The position numbers and the translations under genes are program-made. From a virus, in IMG/VR virus record IMGVR_UViG_3300034683_000041, positions 32,001 through 96,000 of that record: 64,000 bases of DNA. The stretch is one strand, 5' to 3'. How positions within the stretch are numbered: the stretch's first letter is position 1; each line of letters begins with the position of its first letter. Of the stretch, positions 1 through 8,007 are shown in pieces. Under the pieces are notes generated by a model. It searched no databases. It saw only the letters and a program-made list of their open reading frames with translations, and was not told where the DNA came from.

Positions 1-768
1 GACTGGAAACATGGAGTTCCTGCAAGAGTTGCATTCGTGGATTGTCGAAGAACATTTGAAGACAGTTCGTCTATAAGTGAAGAACTCGGGAAGAAACTTC
101 AGATCCAACCAGTAACTATTCGTCCACTTACTTTGCTAGCGGACGATATTGTTCACGAATACAAAAAAATAGGAGATCATGTAGAAATAACAGATCCCTT
201 AATCATATTCGAATCTGGAGAAAATATCGATCTAGCTTCATTCGGGGAAGATCCAGAAACTATCAAGTATCTTGCAGATCTTAATAAACGGACACCTAAA
301 GCTAAAGTAGCCGGAAAAATCGTGGATATTGAAGCGTATTATGGTTGTCCTATCTCCGACATGAATCCCAGTATGGCAAATCTCGTGAAGCATGCTATCA
401 AAGCTAAAAATGCTAAAGCTAAGTTTGCCCAGGGAACCGATACCACAATGCCTCAGTCTGAACCTCTCCCTGAAGATACTAAATTCAAAAATGTAAAGTT
501 CACCAAAAACACTGTAGTGATCCGGTACTTTATTCAAGAGAATTTAGACGCTTCACTTGGAGACAAGATCGTTATCGGACCTTCGTTAAAATCTATCATT
601 GGATCTAAACTAAGTCCGACTTTCGATGAAGACAATGTCGCGATAGATGTGGAAATGAGTGGATCTTCAGTTTCGAACCGTATCGTGAATAGCGTTATAA
701 TTATGGGTATAAGTGAAACTGTTCTCGAGAAAACGGAAAAAGACATACTCGAAATGTATTTCGATTAG
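1..768 (+). CDS. Virion RNA polymerase beta subunit, C-terminal part of the large fragment (phiKZ gp178-like); 5' truncated by the window
   Basis: Frame is open from base 1 (DWKHGVPARVAFVDCRRTFEDSSSIS, matching beta GYNFEDS). Also LGDKIVIG (beta GDK) and IDVEMSGSSVSNRI (beta DIxxNxxxxPSRM). Confidence 0.8.
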   Translation, partial: DWKHGVPARVAFVDCRRTFEDSSSISEELGKKLQIQPVTIRPLTLLADDIVHEYKKIGDHVEITDPLIIFESGENIDLASFGEDPETIKYLADLNKRTPKAKVAGKIVDIEAYYGCPISDMNPSMANLVKHAIKAKNAKAKFAQGTDTTMPQSEPLPEDTKFKNVKFTKNTVVIRYFIQENLDASLGDKIVIGPSLKSIIGSKLSPTFDEDNVAIDVEMSGSSVSNRIVNSVIIMGISETVLEKTEKDILEMYFD

Positions 769-780
769 TGTCACAAATAT

Positions 781-808
781 GGAGTATCTCCTGAAAAGGA
801 GATACTCC
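781..808 (+). terminator. Stem-loop terminator
   Basis: ggagtatctcct-gaaa-aggagatactcc: perfect 12-bp stem with a GAAA tetraloop just after the stop codon. Confidence 0.75.
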
Positions 809-832
809 TTATATTCATCACAATTTGACAAT

Positions 833-840
833 TATATTAC
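833..840 (+). promoter_or_regulatory. phiKZ-type early promoter core TATATTAC
   Basis: Exact motif, intergenic, between a terminator and the RBS of 899..1162. Confidence 0.65.
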
Positions 841-898
841 CAATATGAACTTATCATCACAAAACAAATGTTACGAATAAATGTGAGGGAATTACATT

Positions 899-1162
899 AT
901 GGCAAATCTATCCAGAATAAAAACCCATCCTGGAGATATTTTGTATTACGAATATCTCGATGCAAATCCCGATAAAGTTACAGCCTTTGAAGAAAAACTG
1001 GTATTGCAGTATCCCCTTATCGAATTGATAAACGGAGTACAACACATCACTTATGATGTTGCAGTACAGTTGTCCAAACAACTTGGAACTACTGTAGAGT
1101 TTTGGACTAATCTCCAATACGAATACGACCGTTCCTTGTATGATGCAATAACAGACACGTAA
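899..1162 (+). CDS. higA: HigA-family antitoxin-like protein (orphan)
   Basis: N-terminal HPGDIL and C-terminal ITxDxAxxLSKxLGTTxEFWxNLQxxYD, both typical of HigA/VapI. GAGG RBS. No toxin gene adjacent. Confidence 0.8.
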   Translation: MANLSRIKTHPGDILYYEYLDANPDKVTAFEEKLVLQYPLIELINGVQHITYDVAVQLSKQLGTTVEFWTNLQYEYDRSLYDAITDT

Positions 1163-1213
1163 AAAAATAATCCAGTATAAATACTATACGGACAACTCTT
1201 TAAGATAAATTTT

Positions 1214-1300
1214 GCCCGAATGGTGGAATAGGTAGACACAAGAGACTTAAAATCTCTCGGCTTACGAGCTGTGCCGGTTCAAGTCCGGCTTCGGGTACCA
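1214..1300 (+). tRNA. tRNA-Leu (anticodon UAA)
   Basis: Acceptor stem gcccgaa/ttcgggt, D-arm tggtggaataggtagacac, anticodon arm agaga-cTTAAaa-tctct, long variable arm, T-loop ggttcaagtcc, encoded CCA. Confidence 0.95.
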
Positions 1301-1330
1301 TAGTTCCCTTTGGAGTAATTGGCTGAGGCT

Positions 1331-1390
1331 GGGAGATGGTAAGTGAAGAACTAGCGATGGCGTTGGCTTATTCTTTACTTACTGTCTCCC
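1331..1390 (+). ncRNA. Putative structured RNA: 20-bp stem downstream of the tRNA
   Basis: gggagatggtaagtgaagaa pairs with ttctttacttactgtctccc. All three non-Watson-Crick positions are G-U on the + strand. Confidence 0.4.
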
Positions 1391-1423
1391 CACAACAAAT
1401 AAGATCCAAGAAAGCTTAAAAGT

Positions 1424-1431
1424 TATATTAC
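1424..1431 (+). promoter_or_regulatory. Early promoter core TATATTAC
   Basis: Exact motif, intergenic. Confidence 0.5.
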
Positions 1432-1576
1432 TTATTTGGTACGCGTTATAAAAATCTTCAAAAACAATACCATCAGTTTAACTTTTTTCTAACAAGTCAT
1501 AAATAATACAACAAGAGATGTCCTTCCGGGGACATCTCTTAGTAAGTTGACGTCCGACACTTAAGGAGATATCATT

Positions 1577-1903
1577 GTGTCACTTATACTTAAAGTTCCT
1601 GATGATGTTTCAATAGAAAATACTAAACCATTTCCACACATTCGTCCGATCGTGGATCTGAAAGATGCTCAAATTTTGATTGATCTGAGGAACTTACCTA
1701 CAACTTCTTTGCCTCCTAAGATATATGTTCGTCCAGATATCTCATCTCCAAAAGGCTTCAAAATTTATGGTCTGAAGGAGCCATCACAAACCAAAGAAAC
1801 ATACATATTAGATATACCTCATTCTCAGGTTTTCTCGATAAAAGATTGGATAGATAAACTCTACGCTATAGAACACAAAGATTTGAAAGAAATCGAATTC
1901 TAA
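1577..1903 (+). CDS. Hypothetical protein
   Basis: TAAGGAG RBS before GTG; hairpins at 1513-1540 and 1950-1981 flank it. Confidence 0.7.
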   Translation: MSLILKVPDDVSIENTKPFPHIRPIVDLKDAQILIDLRNLPTTSLPPKIYVRPDISSPKGFKIYGLKEPSQTKETYILDIPHSQVFSIKDWIDKLYAIEHKDLKEIEF

Positions 1904-2080
1904 ACTACATGATGTTTTGAACATGTTTTACTTTTAGTATGGATATCTGTAGACTACTGCCCTATTTGGGGCAGTAGTCTATACCTCTTAATTATGTCAT
2001 TCATCTTTTTTTACGGTCATATTACTTCTTTGAATCAGGATCTACGATCCTACAACAAAACTTATTCAAGGAGAATAATC

Positions 2081-2227
2081 ATGACTATTCGTAATTTTAT
2101 CCAGATCGTTGCCATCGTTGTCGTTACTGGAGCAATGGTTATCGGAAGCTATGTCTACGGACAGAGTGCTTCTTCGGACAACAACTTGTCGATCCGTGGC
2201 ACAATTATCTCCCAGCAGCATCGCTAA
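2081..2227 (+). CDS. Small single-pass membrane or secreted protein (48 aa)
   Basis: AAGGAG RBS before ATG 2081; hydrophobic FIQIVAIVVVTGAMVIGSYVYG; CATATTAC promoter variant at 2018-2025. Confidence 0.6.
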   Translation: MTIRNFIQIVAIVVVTGAMVIGSYVYGQSASSDNNLSIRGTIISQQHR

Positions 2228-2264
2228 ATGAGATACATATGAATTCAACACGACATTTCAAAAG

Positions 2265-2299
2265 AGAGTAGAGATCCAACACAAATGGATCTCTACTCT
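2265..2299. terminator. Bidirectional terminator between convergent genes
   Basis: agagtagagatcca/tggatctctactct stem with an A-run before and a T-run after. Confidence 0.7.
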
Positions 2300-2310
2300 T
2301 TATTTTTTTA

Positions 2311-3024
2311 TCACATAAGTACAGCACGTTCGCCTTTAACGTAGACATCGTCATGCCTGGCCATTTCCAATGCAGAAACATACATGTCGATAGACGATTG
2401 ATTTTTATTCAAGTACACAGAGGTAACTATAGAAAAATAACCATACGTCCTATATCCGTCGGAATATCCCGAAACATATCCGGGACAAGTGTTATGTCCT
2501 CCAGCACCACCAAACTCACAATCAAATAATGTCTGGCCGTTTAGAGTTCCACGATATCCTGCAATGTAATTTCTTTTTGATCCAAATATATAGAACAACC
2601 TTACTTGGTATATTCCAGATTCAGGAACTCCTTGTGGTAAACACATTCTGGTAAGTTGTGGAGGACACCATCGTCCTACCTGACCATCTCTCCAAAGACC
2701 CCAAGTCGACCATCCTGTAGGAGTACAACACGTCTGAAGGTTACACTCTTGTGTAGTTGCTGGTTTAGCAACTTCACTACAAAATCGATCTGATTTGTAT
2801 ATACCATCAGATCTAAGACACTGTACTGTTCGTTCTTGGATACCTCCTCCACATGGTGCAGAACATTCTCCCCAAGTACCAACTTCCCAAGAGTATTTCC
2901 ATACAGGTTTCCATCCTTGTTCTGTCTTAATATGGATATTCTTAACTTCTGTCCAAGTATCATCCTGATTCTTGACAAAAATATTAAGTCTTGACCAATG
3001 TTCAGTTTGTTTTATACTTAACAT
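2311..3024 (-). CDS. Thrombospondin type-1 (TSP1, ADAMTS-like) domain protein; probable virion fibre tip or adhesin
   Basis: WEVGTWGECSAPCGGGIQERTVQC...FC...KPATTQECNLQTC carries the WxxxxWxxCSxxCGGG-R-C pattern with six Cys. N-terminal K-x(3-5)-W repeats resemble phage fibre adaptors. GGAG RBS. Confidence 0.8.
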   Translation of the reverse strand: MLSIKQTEHWSRLNIFVKNQDDTWTEVKNIHIKTEQGWKPVWKYSWEVGTWGECSAPCGGGIQERTVQCLRSDGIYKSDRFCSEVAKPATTQECNLQTCCTPTGWSTWGLWRDGQVGRWCPPQLTRMCLPQGVPESGIYQVRLFYIFGSKRNYIAGYRGTLNGQTLFDCEFGGAGGHNTCPGYVSGYSDGYRTYGYFSIVTSVYLNKNQSSIDMYVSALEMARHDDVYVKGERAVLM

Positions 3025-3044
3025 AGGTTTTCTCCAGGAATGAT

Positions 3045-3082
3045 GGGATATAGTACTAGTCTTACGACTAGTACTATATCCC
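3045..3082. terminator. Long perfect stem-loop
   Basis: gggatatagtactagt-cttacg-actagtactatatccc immediately after the stop of 3089..4951. Confidence 0.7.
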
Positions 3083-3088
3083 CCTTAT

Positions 3089-4951
3089 TTACTGAATAGA
3101 ACGTAAGACATTGTACAGTTTGACACTGTCGTACAAAAGCGCATCACCTAACACATCCATACGAATAGCACTGAGTAAAGAATATCTGGTACGTCTGATC
3201 TTTGCAGACTCAAACCCATTACAATTATCCTCAATATGTCCTTGACAAATAGTTTGTACTATCTTGTTAGGAGCTATGTCATTTCCGTTACGGATGGTAC
3301 TTTCGAATGAATTTTTCTCAGTCAGATTTAAGATAAGTTTTACAAATCGCTCAAAATCATTAAACGAATATCCTAAATCTTTCATGGATTGTTCTTTTTC
3401 GAGTCCTACATCATCGATAGTAAAAACCTGGGAGATAGTAGGTTTGTTACAATACTCATGGCTTCGCATAGAAAATCCGGACGATTCCATCGAGGACAAT
3501 AGCGATGTAAGTTCCCCAAGAGGATCGTTTTTATCTACTGGAACAAGTAGATTGGCCAGAGAATACTGATGTATTTTTGTTGCGTTTTGGTATACGTGGA
3601 ATCTACCATTCATAATTCTAAAATTGGGGAATTTGATCTTGACTTCTGCAGCATTTTTTACGTGCTGGTTAGTTCGGAAGATCCGATCTAACTCCCGTTC
3701 CAGAAGAACATTTATTGTTTTTTGTGTATGATAGATATTTTGCATCCTATTGTACATAGGTTCTTGTACTTGCATGTACTTACGAATGCATTGTCTATTC
3801 TTCAAATAGATCTCTCCAGAAATAGCATGCAAGATAGACGCTTCGTATGGATCACCTTTAGCTATAGAGGCTTGTCTCATCAAAAGCTGTTCTTGTCCAT
3901 CTTCCACCAATGCTTCCAAATCATCCACCAGATCATCAGAAGTTTCAATAAAGTTATCGTCCGTGATGTTGATCTTTTCAGAATCTCGGGGGATGATTGT
4001 ATCGTCAACAATGATCCGTTCCGGATCGTCTACAGAAAAGAGGTTGAACGATGCAGGAACAAAGCTTTCTCCAGAAGGAGAGATAGCTGCTTGTTTCATA
4101 GCTTGAAGAAGAGTTATGATCGCTCTACAATCTCGCATACGTAGACTGAAATTCAAAGCTATACCGAGATACATGATAGTGTAGAGTCGGCTATATCTAG
4201 CATTCATTGCAATGGTACGAGATACTTCATCTTGAGTATTTGGAAATAAGGTTTTAACTACAACCGCATACATTGCAGGTGTAAATTTGAGATTATTAAG
4301 ATACACTCTCCAGATACTCGGTCCATTTAGTTGTACATATTTTTCAGCTAACATCAAACTTTTCATTTGATTGTAGCCTAATTTTTTTACACTTTCTGTT
4401 TGTGACTCTTGTATACTAGACGGAGAAAAATTACACGCACGTCCAGCATTTTCGATATCCCGGATATCACGTACTTGATCCCACCCTGCAGAAATGAAAG
4501 ACTGTACAAGGTCATTTAACTTAGGATCGAGCATGTTTGATTTTTGTACTGGGGCTTTAATGGAATTCCAATACGGAGATCCTGAAAAGAACTTATCTAC
4601 TTTTGTGTATACAGGAACCATATTGATCAGTCCATTAGCATGAGGAACGTTATACACCTCAATTTCGGAATACGCTTTATTATCAATTTTAAGAGAACTT
4701 ACTTCTTCTAAAATGCGCTGCAGTTTATTATTTTTAACTTTCAGTGCTTCGATAGAAGTTTCAGTACCACTGAATCGGTTTAACGTATTTTTGATCTTAG
4801 TAAGTATCCCTTTAGGGATATCTTCCTCAGAATTGATATTCTCCAAACCTATCAGATCTTCTTTCATGAGCTCTAGTTGCTCTAAACAATAGTCAAGATC
4901 TTCGTGTGCTCTACGGACTAAATACGAATCTTCTCTGTTGAGATTAAACAT
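3089..4951 (-). CDS. Putative internal head (ejection) protein with two tandem paralogous units
   Basis: Acidic leader with GLE/SIE sites, internal SGE followed by a second acidic leader, and two S-x-K-x-LGY motifs shared with the 15-19 kb paralogues. Confidence 0.5.
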   Translation of the reverse strand: MFNLNREDSYLVRRAHEDLDYCLEQLELMKEDLIGLENINSEEDIPKGILTKIKNTLNRFSGTETSIEALKVKNNKLQRILEEVSSLKIDNKAYSEIEVYNVPHANGLINMVPVYTKVDKFFSGSPYWNSIKAPVQKSNMLDPKLNDLVQSFISAGWDQVRDIRDIENAGRACNFSPSSIQESQTESVKKLGYNQMKSLMLAEKYVQLNGPSIWRVYLNNLKFTPAMYAVVVKTLFPNTQDEVSRTIAMNARYSRLYTIMYLGIALNFSLRMRDCRAIITLLQAMKQAAISPSGESFVPASFNLFSVDDPERIIVDDTIIPRDSEKINITDDNFIETSDDLVDDLEALVEDGQEQLLMRQASIAKGDPYEASILHAISGEIYLKNRQCIRKYMQVQEPMYNRMQNIYHTQKTINVLLERELDRIFRTNQHVKNAAEVKIKFPNFRIMNGRFHVYQNATKIHQYSLANLLVPVDKNDPLGELTSLLSSMESSGFSMRSHEYCNKPTISQVFTIDDVGLEKEQSMKDLGYSFNDFERFVKLILNLTEKNSFESTIRNGNDIAPNKIVQTICQGHIEDNCNGFESAKIRRTRYSLLSAIRMDVLGDALLYDSVKLYNVLRSIQ

Positions 4952-4960
4952 GGGTACTCC

Positions 4961-5845
4961 TTAATCGTTTACAATTTGCGCTTCTGCAGCTTTACAAAGT
5001 TTCAATACATCTACCATGATATCATACGCTATCTGGTGTGCAGCTTTGATGAAATGAGTAGCCCACCAAAACCTTGCAAGACGTATTTCAAGGATCTCTC
5101 TATTCACAGAACTAGATTCTCCTTGCTCTTGAAGTTGAGCGTCGTATCTGGATAAAGATTCACCATAGGCAACAAACGATTTTTCGATCTTTGTCGTAGT
5201 TCTGCTATCTGCATATTGTGCAAGAGTTTTAATTTTTTCTACGACTTGGACTAGTTTGTCAAGAGAATATCCGTGATGTGATACAGATACTGTCGATCTA
5301 TCTTGATCGTACAATGCGGATACAGATTTAGTCAAGCTAAACTTAGACAGATCGAACCCAATCTTGTACAATACACTGTATGCTCGTTTAAACTCAGGAG
5401 TTCTCCAATCCGAGGAAGTTACTGGAGAATCACAAATTTGAGATATGTTAGACAATAACACATGCAATTGTTTAACTGCATCTATCCTCAATAACAATTT
5501 TTCATAACTTACGATCTTGAGCTTCTTTTCATAGAACTTTTCTTGATCGATACGATTTAAGTTATTCTTCAGGCGTTTCTCCCAGCGCTGTTGTATACTC
5601 TGACTACGGGAAAACGTTTTCTCAGCACCATTACGAAGGATACGTAACATCCGCATCACTAATGCACTGATTTTTCTAGCCATTTTAGCTAGACTTGAAC
5701 CAACTGATTTAGCTAAATCAGTATAATTTTCATCCGATCTAAAGTTGGGGTTCAACAGCATTTGGAGTTCTTCTTGAAGTTCAAGATAAGAAGTTTCGAA
5801 TACTTCTTCGTCAGTAGCAAAAGACACTGCTTTTAACTTCAACAT
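4961..5845 (-). CDS. Putative internal head protein paralogue
   Basis: Acidic N-terminus, SDE site, basic amphipathic helix, TVSVSHHGY motif; GGAG RBS. Confidence 0.5.
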   Translation of the reverse strand: MLKLKAVSFATDEEVFETSYLELQEELQMLLNPNFRSDENYTDLAKSVGSSLAKMARKISALVMRMLRILRNGAEKTFSRSQSIQQRWEKRLKNNLNRIDQEKFYEKKLKIVSYEKLLLRIDAVKQLHVLLSNISQICDSPVTSSDWRTPEFKRAYSVLYKIGFDLSKFSLTKSVSALYDQDRSTVSVSHHGYSLDKLVQVVEKIKTLAQYADSRTTTKIEKSFVAYGESLSRYDAQLQEQGESSSVNREILEIRLARFWWATHFIKAAHQIAYDIMVDVLKLCKAAEAQIVND

Positions 5846-5969
5846 GAATCTGCTCCTATTCTAAAATTACAGTGGTATACATAGGATGGCATGAAATAAA
5901 ATTTTCACTATAATCTTATGCTTCTTTCTTCCAAGGAGATATTACAAATTTATATTCGGAGATGTAACA

Positions 5970-6149
5970 ATGAGTAGCTCAAAAACACAGGAACGCATCC
6001 AGAAAATCGTGGACACTTCAATATTTCATATGTGTGTTAAAGAGTCTGTTCAGGCTTTAGCACGCAATCGGAAATCTGATAACCAAGATGTCGCCATTGT
6101 TAATGTAGTGGAAAGACAAATTGCAAAATATCATCAGGAGAATAACTAA
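5970..6149 (+). CDS. Small hypothetical protein (59 aa), not in the ORF track
   Basis: GGAG RBS, ATG at 5970, MSSSKTQERIQ...HQENN. Its stop overlaps the next start (TAATG). GATATTAC at 5938-5945. Confidence 0.65.
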   Translation: MSSSKTQERIQKIVDTSIFHMCVKESVQALARNRKSDNQDVAIVNVVERQIAKYHQENN

Positions 6150-7687
6150 TGCATATTCTGCGTGACTCCATAAGTGAATACATTACTCTTACAAGAAACA
6201 ATTCTCTTGGACACATGTCCAAAACTCTTGCTGAGTACATAGAGGCAAGGACTCCTGAAGGATTATCCGATGCAGAACTTCAGGCACATGTTGTTGATAT
6301 GATTGACGAGTATTTTAAAAACGATGAGCATAACTCACAATACAACGTAGTACGAACTATAGGGCAACTGACTGCAGACGTATACAACAAATCCAATCTG
6401 AAGTTAACCGCCGAAGTTACTCCTGTAGTGGAGCAACTGTGTTCCAAAATTGTGGATCGAGCTTCTGAGAATTATGCTCGTCGAGTTGGTATATACCAAC
6501 TTAACGACAAGAAACGCCTTGCTCCTAAAAACTACACGATCTTCTCTGTTGATGAGGATGTCCTCAGGAATATCCAAGGACGACTTTCCGGATTACTTAA
6601 CAAATATTCTATCAACATAGGGTCAGAATTTCATCTCACTAACCTTTGGAGTACTGCAACAAAAGTACTCCAAAAGGAATATGCTCATCATGGTCCCATG
6701 ACCATGAAATACCTTGTCGATCAGGTTGAAGAGTTGTTCTCTGAAGAAGAACGCAACGACCCTATGCTTAACCGAATTTTAAACTTCCTTTCCACCAACA
6801 CAACTTGTGCGTACAACTTTAAGGATCTGTTCCTTGAAGGTTCTTCCGGTGTCGGAATGAGCATGAAATTTATCCAGGACGTAACAGCGTTCAAGTCTGC
6901 TCTGACTAAAGTCTACGAAAAGTTTGTACCTTCTAGTATGGACATCTTAGAAGAGACGCAGGAACTTCTTGATGCTAAGTTCAGTGTACTGGAAGATCTT
7001 CATGTATTAGCTGACACTGGGCTGGTACTTGCTAAAGACCAATATTCTAAAACTTTAGTTATTGGTCTGGACATGCTCAATGGCGATATGCTTGAAGAGT
7101 ATCAAAAGAATGGTGGTAAGTTGACTGACATCAGTGCACACTTACGATTGTACTACAATAAAGATGAAGAAGACGTTCTGTATCCTTACGCTACTCATCA
7201 GGAGTTTCCCAAGACGGGATTGAGTTACACTTTCATGTTGAAGTCTTTACCTCAGACAAGAAGTGCTATCGAATCTCTGATGGATAAAGTTAATCTTGAA
7301 GATACCGAACTGAAAACTAAGTCTTTAGTACATGCTCTTGAATTTGAACTCAGAACTTATCTTGAGAATAATCTGACTCAAGGTAATATTCCTGAGGATG
7401 TTCCTGAAATGCACGCTAAAGACATTTGTTACAATAAGTTAACCACACACGTAAACAAGTTCAAGTATAACCCGGAAATGTGCATAGAAGATGTGGTATA
7501 CTCCTATGTGTTAGATACTTGGTACAATACTTCTCTTGTTTCGACTATCCACAAAACTTTAGGTAGTCAGTTGGTAACTTCTCTTTCAGGAAAAGAGAAT
7601 CTTGAATCCTCAGATATTGCAACTCTGCATTGTAAAACTCAAGCGGAAATAGTTTCATCGTTTTTACTCGATACTATCGTCGAATAA
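6149..7687 (+). CDS. Hypothetical helical protein (512 aa), possibly virion-associated
   Basis: Long ORF with AGGAG RBS and a terminator at 7705-7742; no recognisable motif. Confidence 0.6.
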   Translation: MHILRDSISEYITLTRNNSLGHMSKTLAEYIEARTPEGLSDAELQAHVVDMIDEYFKNDEHNSQYNVVRTIGQLTADVYNKSNLKLTAEVTPVVEQLCSKIVDRASENYARRVGIYQLNDKKRLAPKNYTIFSVDEDVLRNIQGRLSGLLNKYSINIGSEFHLTNLWSTATKVLQKEYAHHGPMTMKYLVDQVEELFSEEERNDPMLNRILNFLSTNTTCAYNFKDLFLEGSSGVGMSMKFIQDVTAFKSALTKVYEKFVPSSMDILEETQELLDAKFSVLEDLHVLADTGLVLAKDQYSKTLVIGLDMLNGDMLEEYQKNGGKLTDISAHLRLYYNKDEEDVLYPYATHQEFPKTGLSYTFMLKSLPQTRSAIESLMDKVNLEDTELKTKSLVHALEFELRTYLENNLTQGNIPEDVPEMHAKDICYNKLTTHVNKFKYNPEMCIEDVVYSYVLDTWYNTSLVSTIHKTLGSQLVTSLSGKENLESSDIATLHCKTQAEIVSSFLLDTIVE

Positions 7688-7704
7688 CTCTACCTCCTTG
7701 GAAA

Positions 7705-7742
7705 GTAAGTATCTCTCCCTTTTATCGGGGAGAGATACTTAC
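7705..7742 (+). terminator. Stem-loop terminator
   Basis: gtaagtatctctccc ... gggagagatacttac inverted repeat. Confidence 0.7.
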
Positions 7743-7968
7743 GCATCTAGATTGGGAACTATATTGCTTTTAAAATAAGAGGTATCGACAAACATTAGAA
7801 GTTGTTTGTGCCAAATATACAAAATAATCAGCACGTGGTGGATCCTACTGCCACACAATATTTGTCAGAAATACGAACCTATGCGGGATATGTTCGCAAG
7901 CTCTTCATACTTGTACTCTAAAATCACGGTATCGCAATTTCAATATATACATTATCTCCACAAGAAAG

Positions 7969-7999
7969 AAGAAGGACTCCCGTAACAGGAGTCCTTCTT
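7969..7999 (-). terminator. Stem-loop terminator after the baseplate gene
   Basis: aagaaggactcc ... ggagtccttctt inverted repeat adjacent to the stop at 8008. Confidence 0.65.
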
Positions 8000-8007
8000 T
8001 TTTTTCA

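Noticed and set aside
1301-1395. Second tRNA (for example tRNA-Sec)
   Set aside because: No T-loop GTTC or cloverleaf; it folds as a single long hairpin.
6149-7687. Chimallin (nuclear shell protein) candidate
   Set aside because: No motif I can recognise, mostly helical, and not next to the non-virion beta' gene where chimallin usually lies. A profile search is needed.
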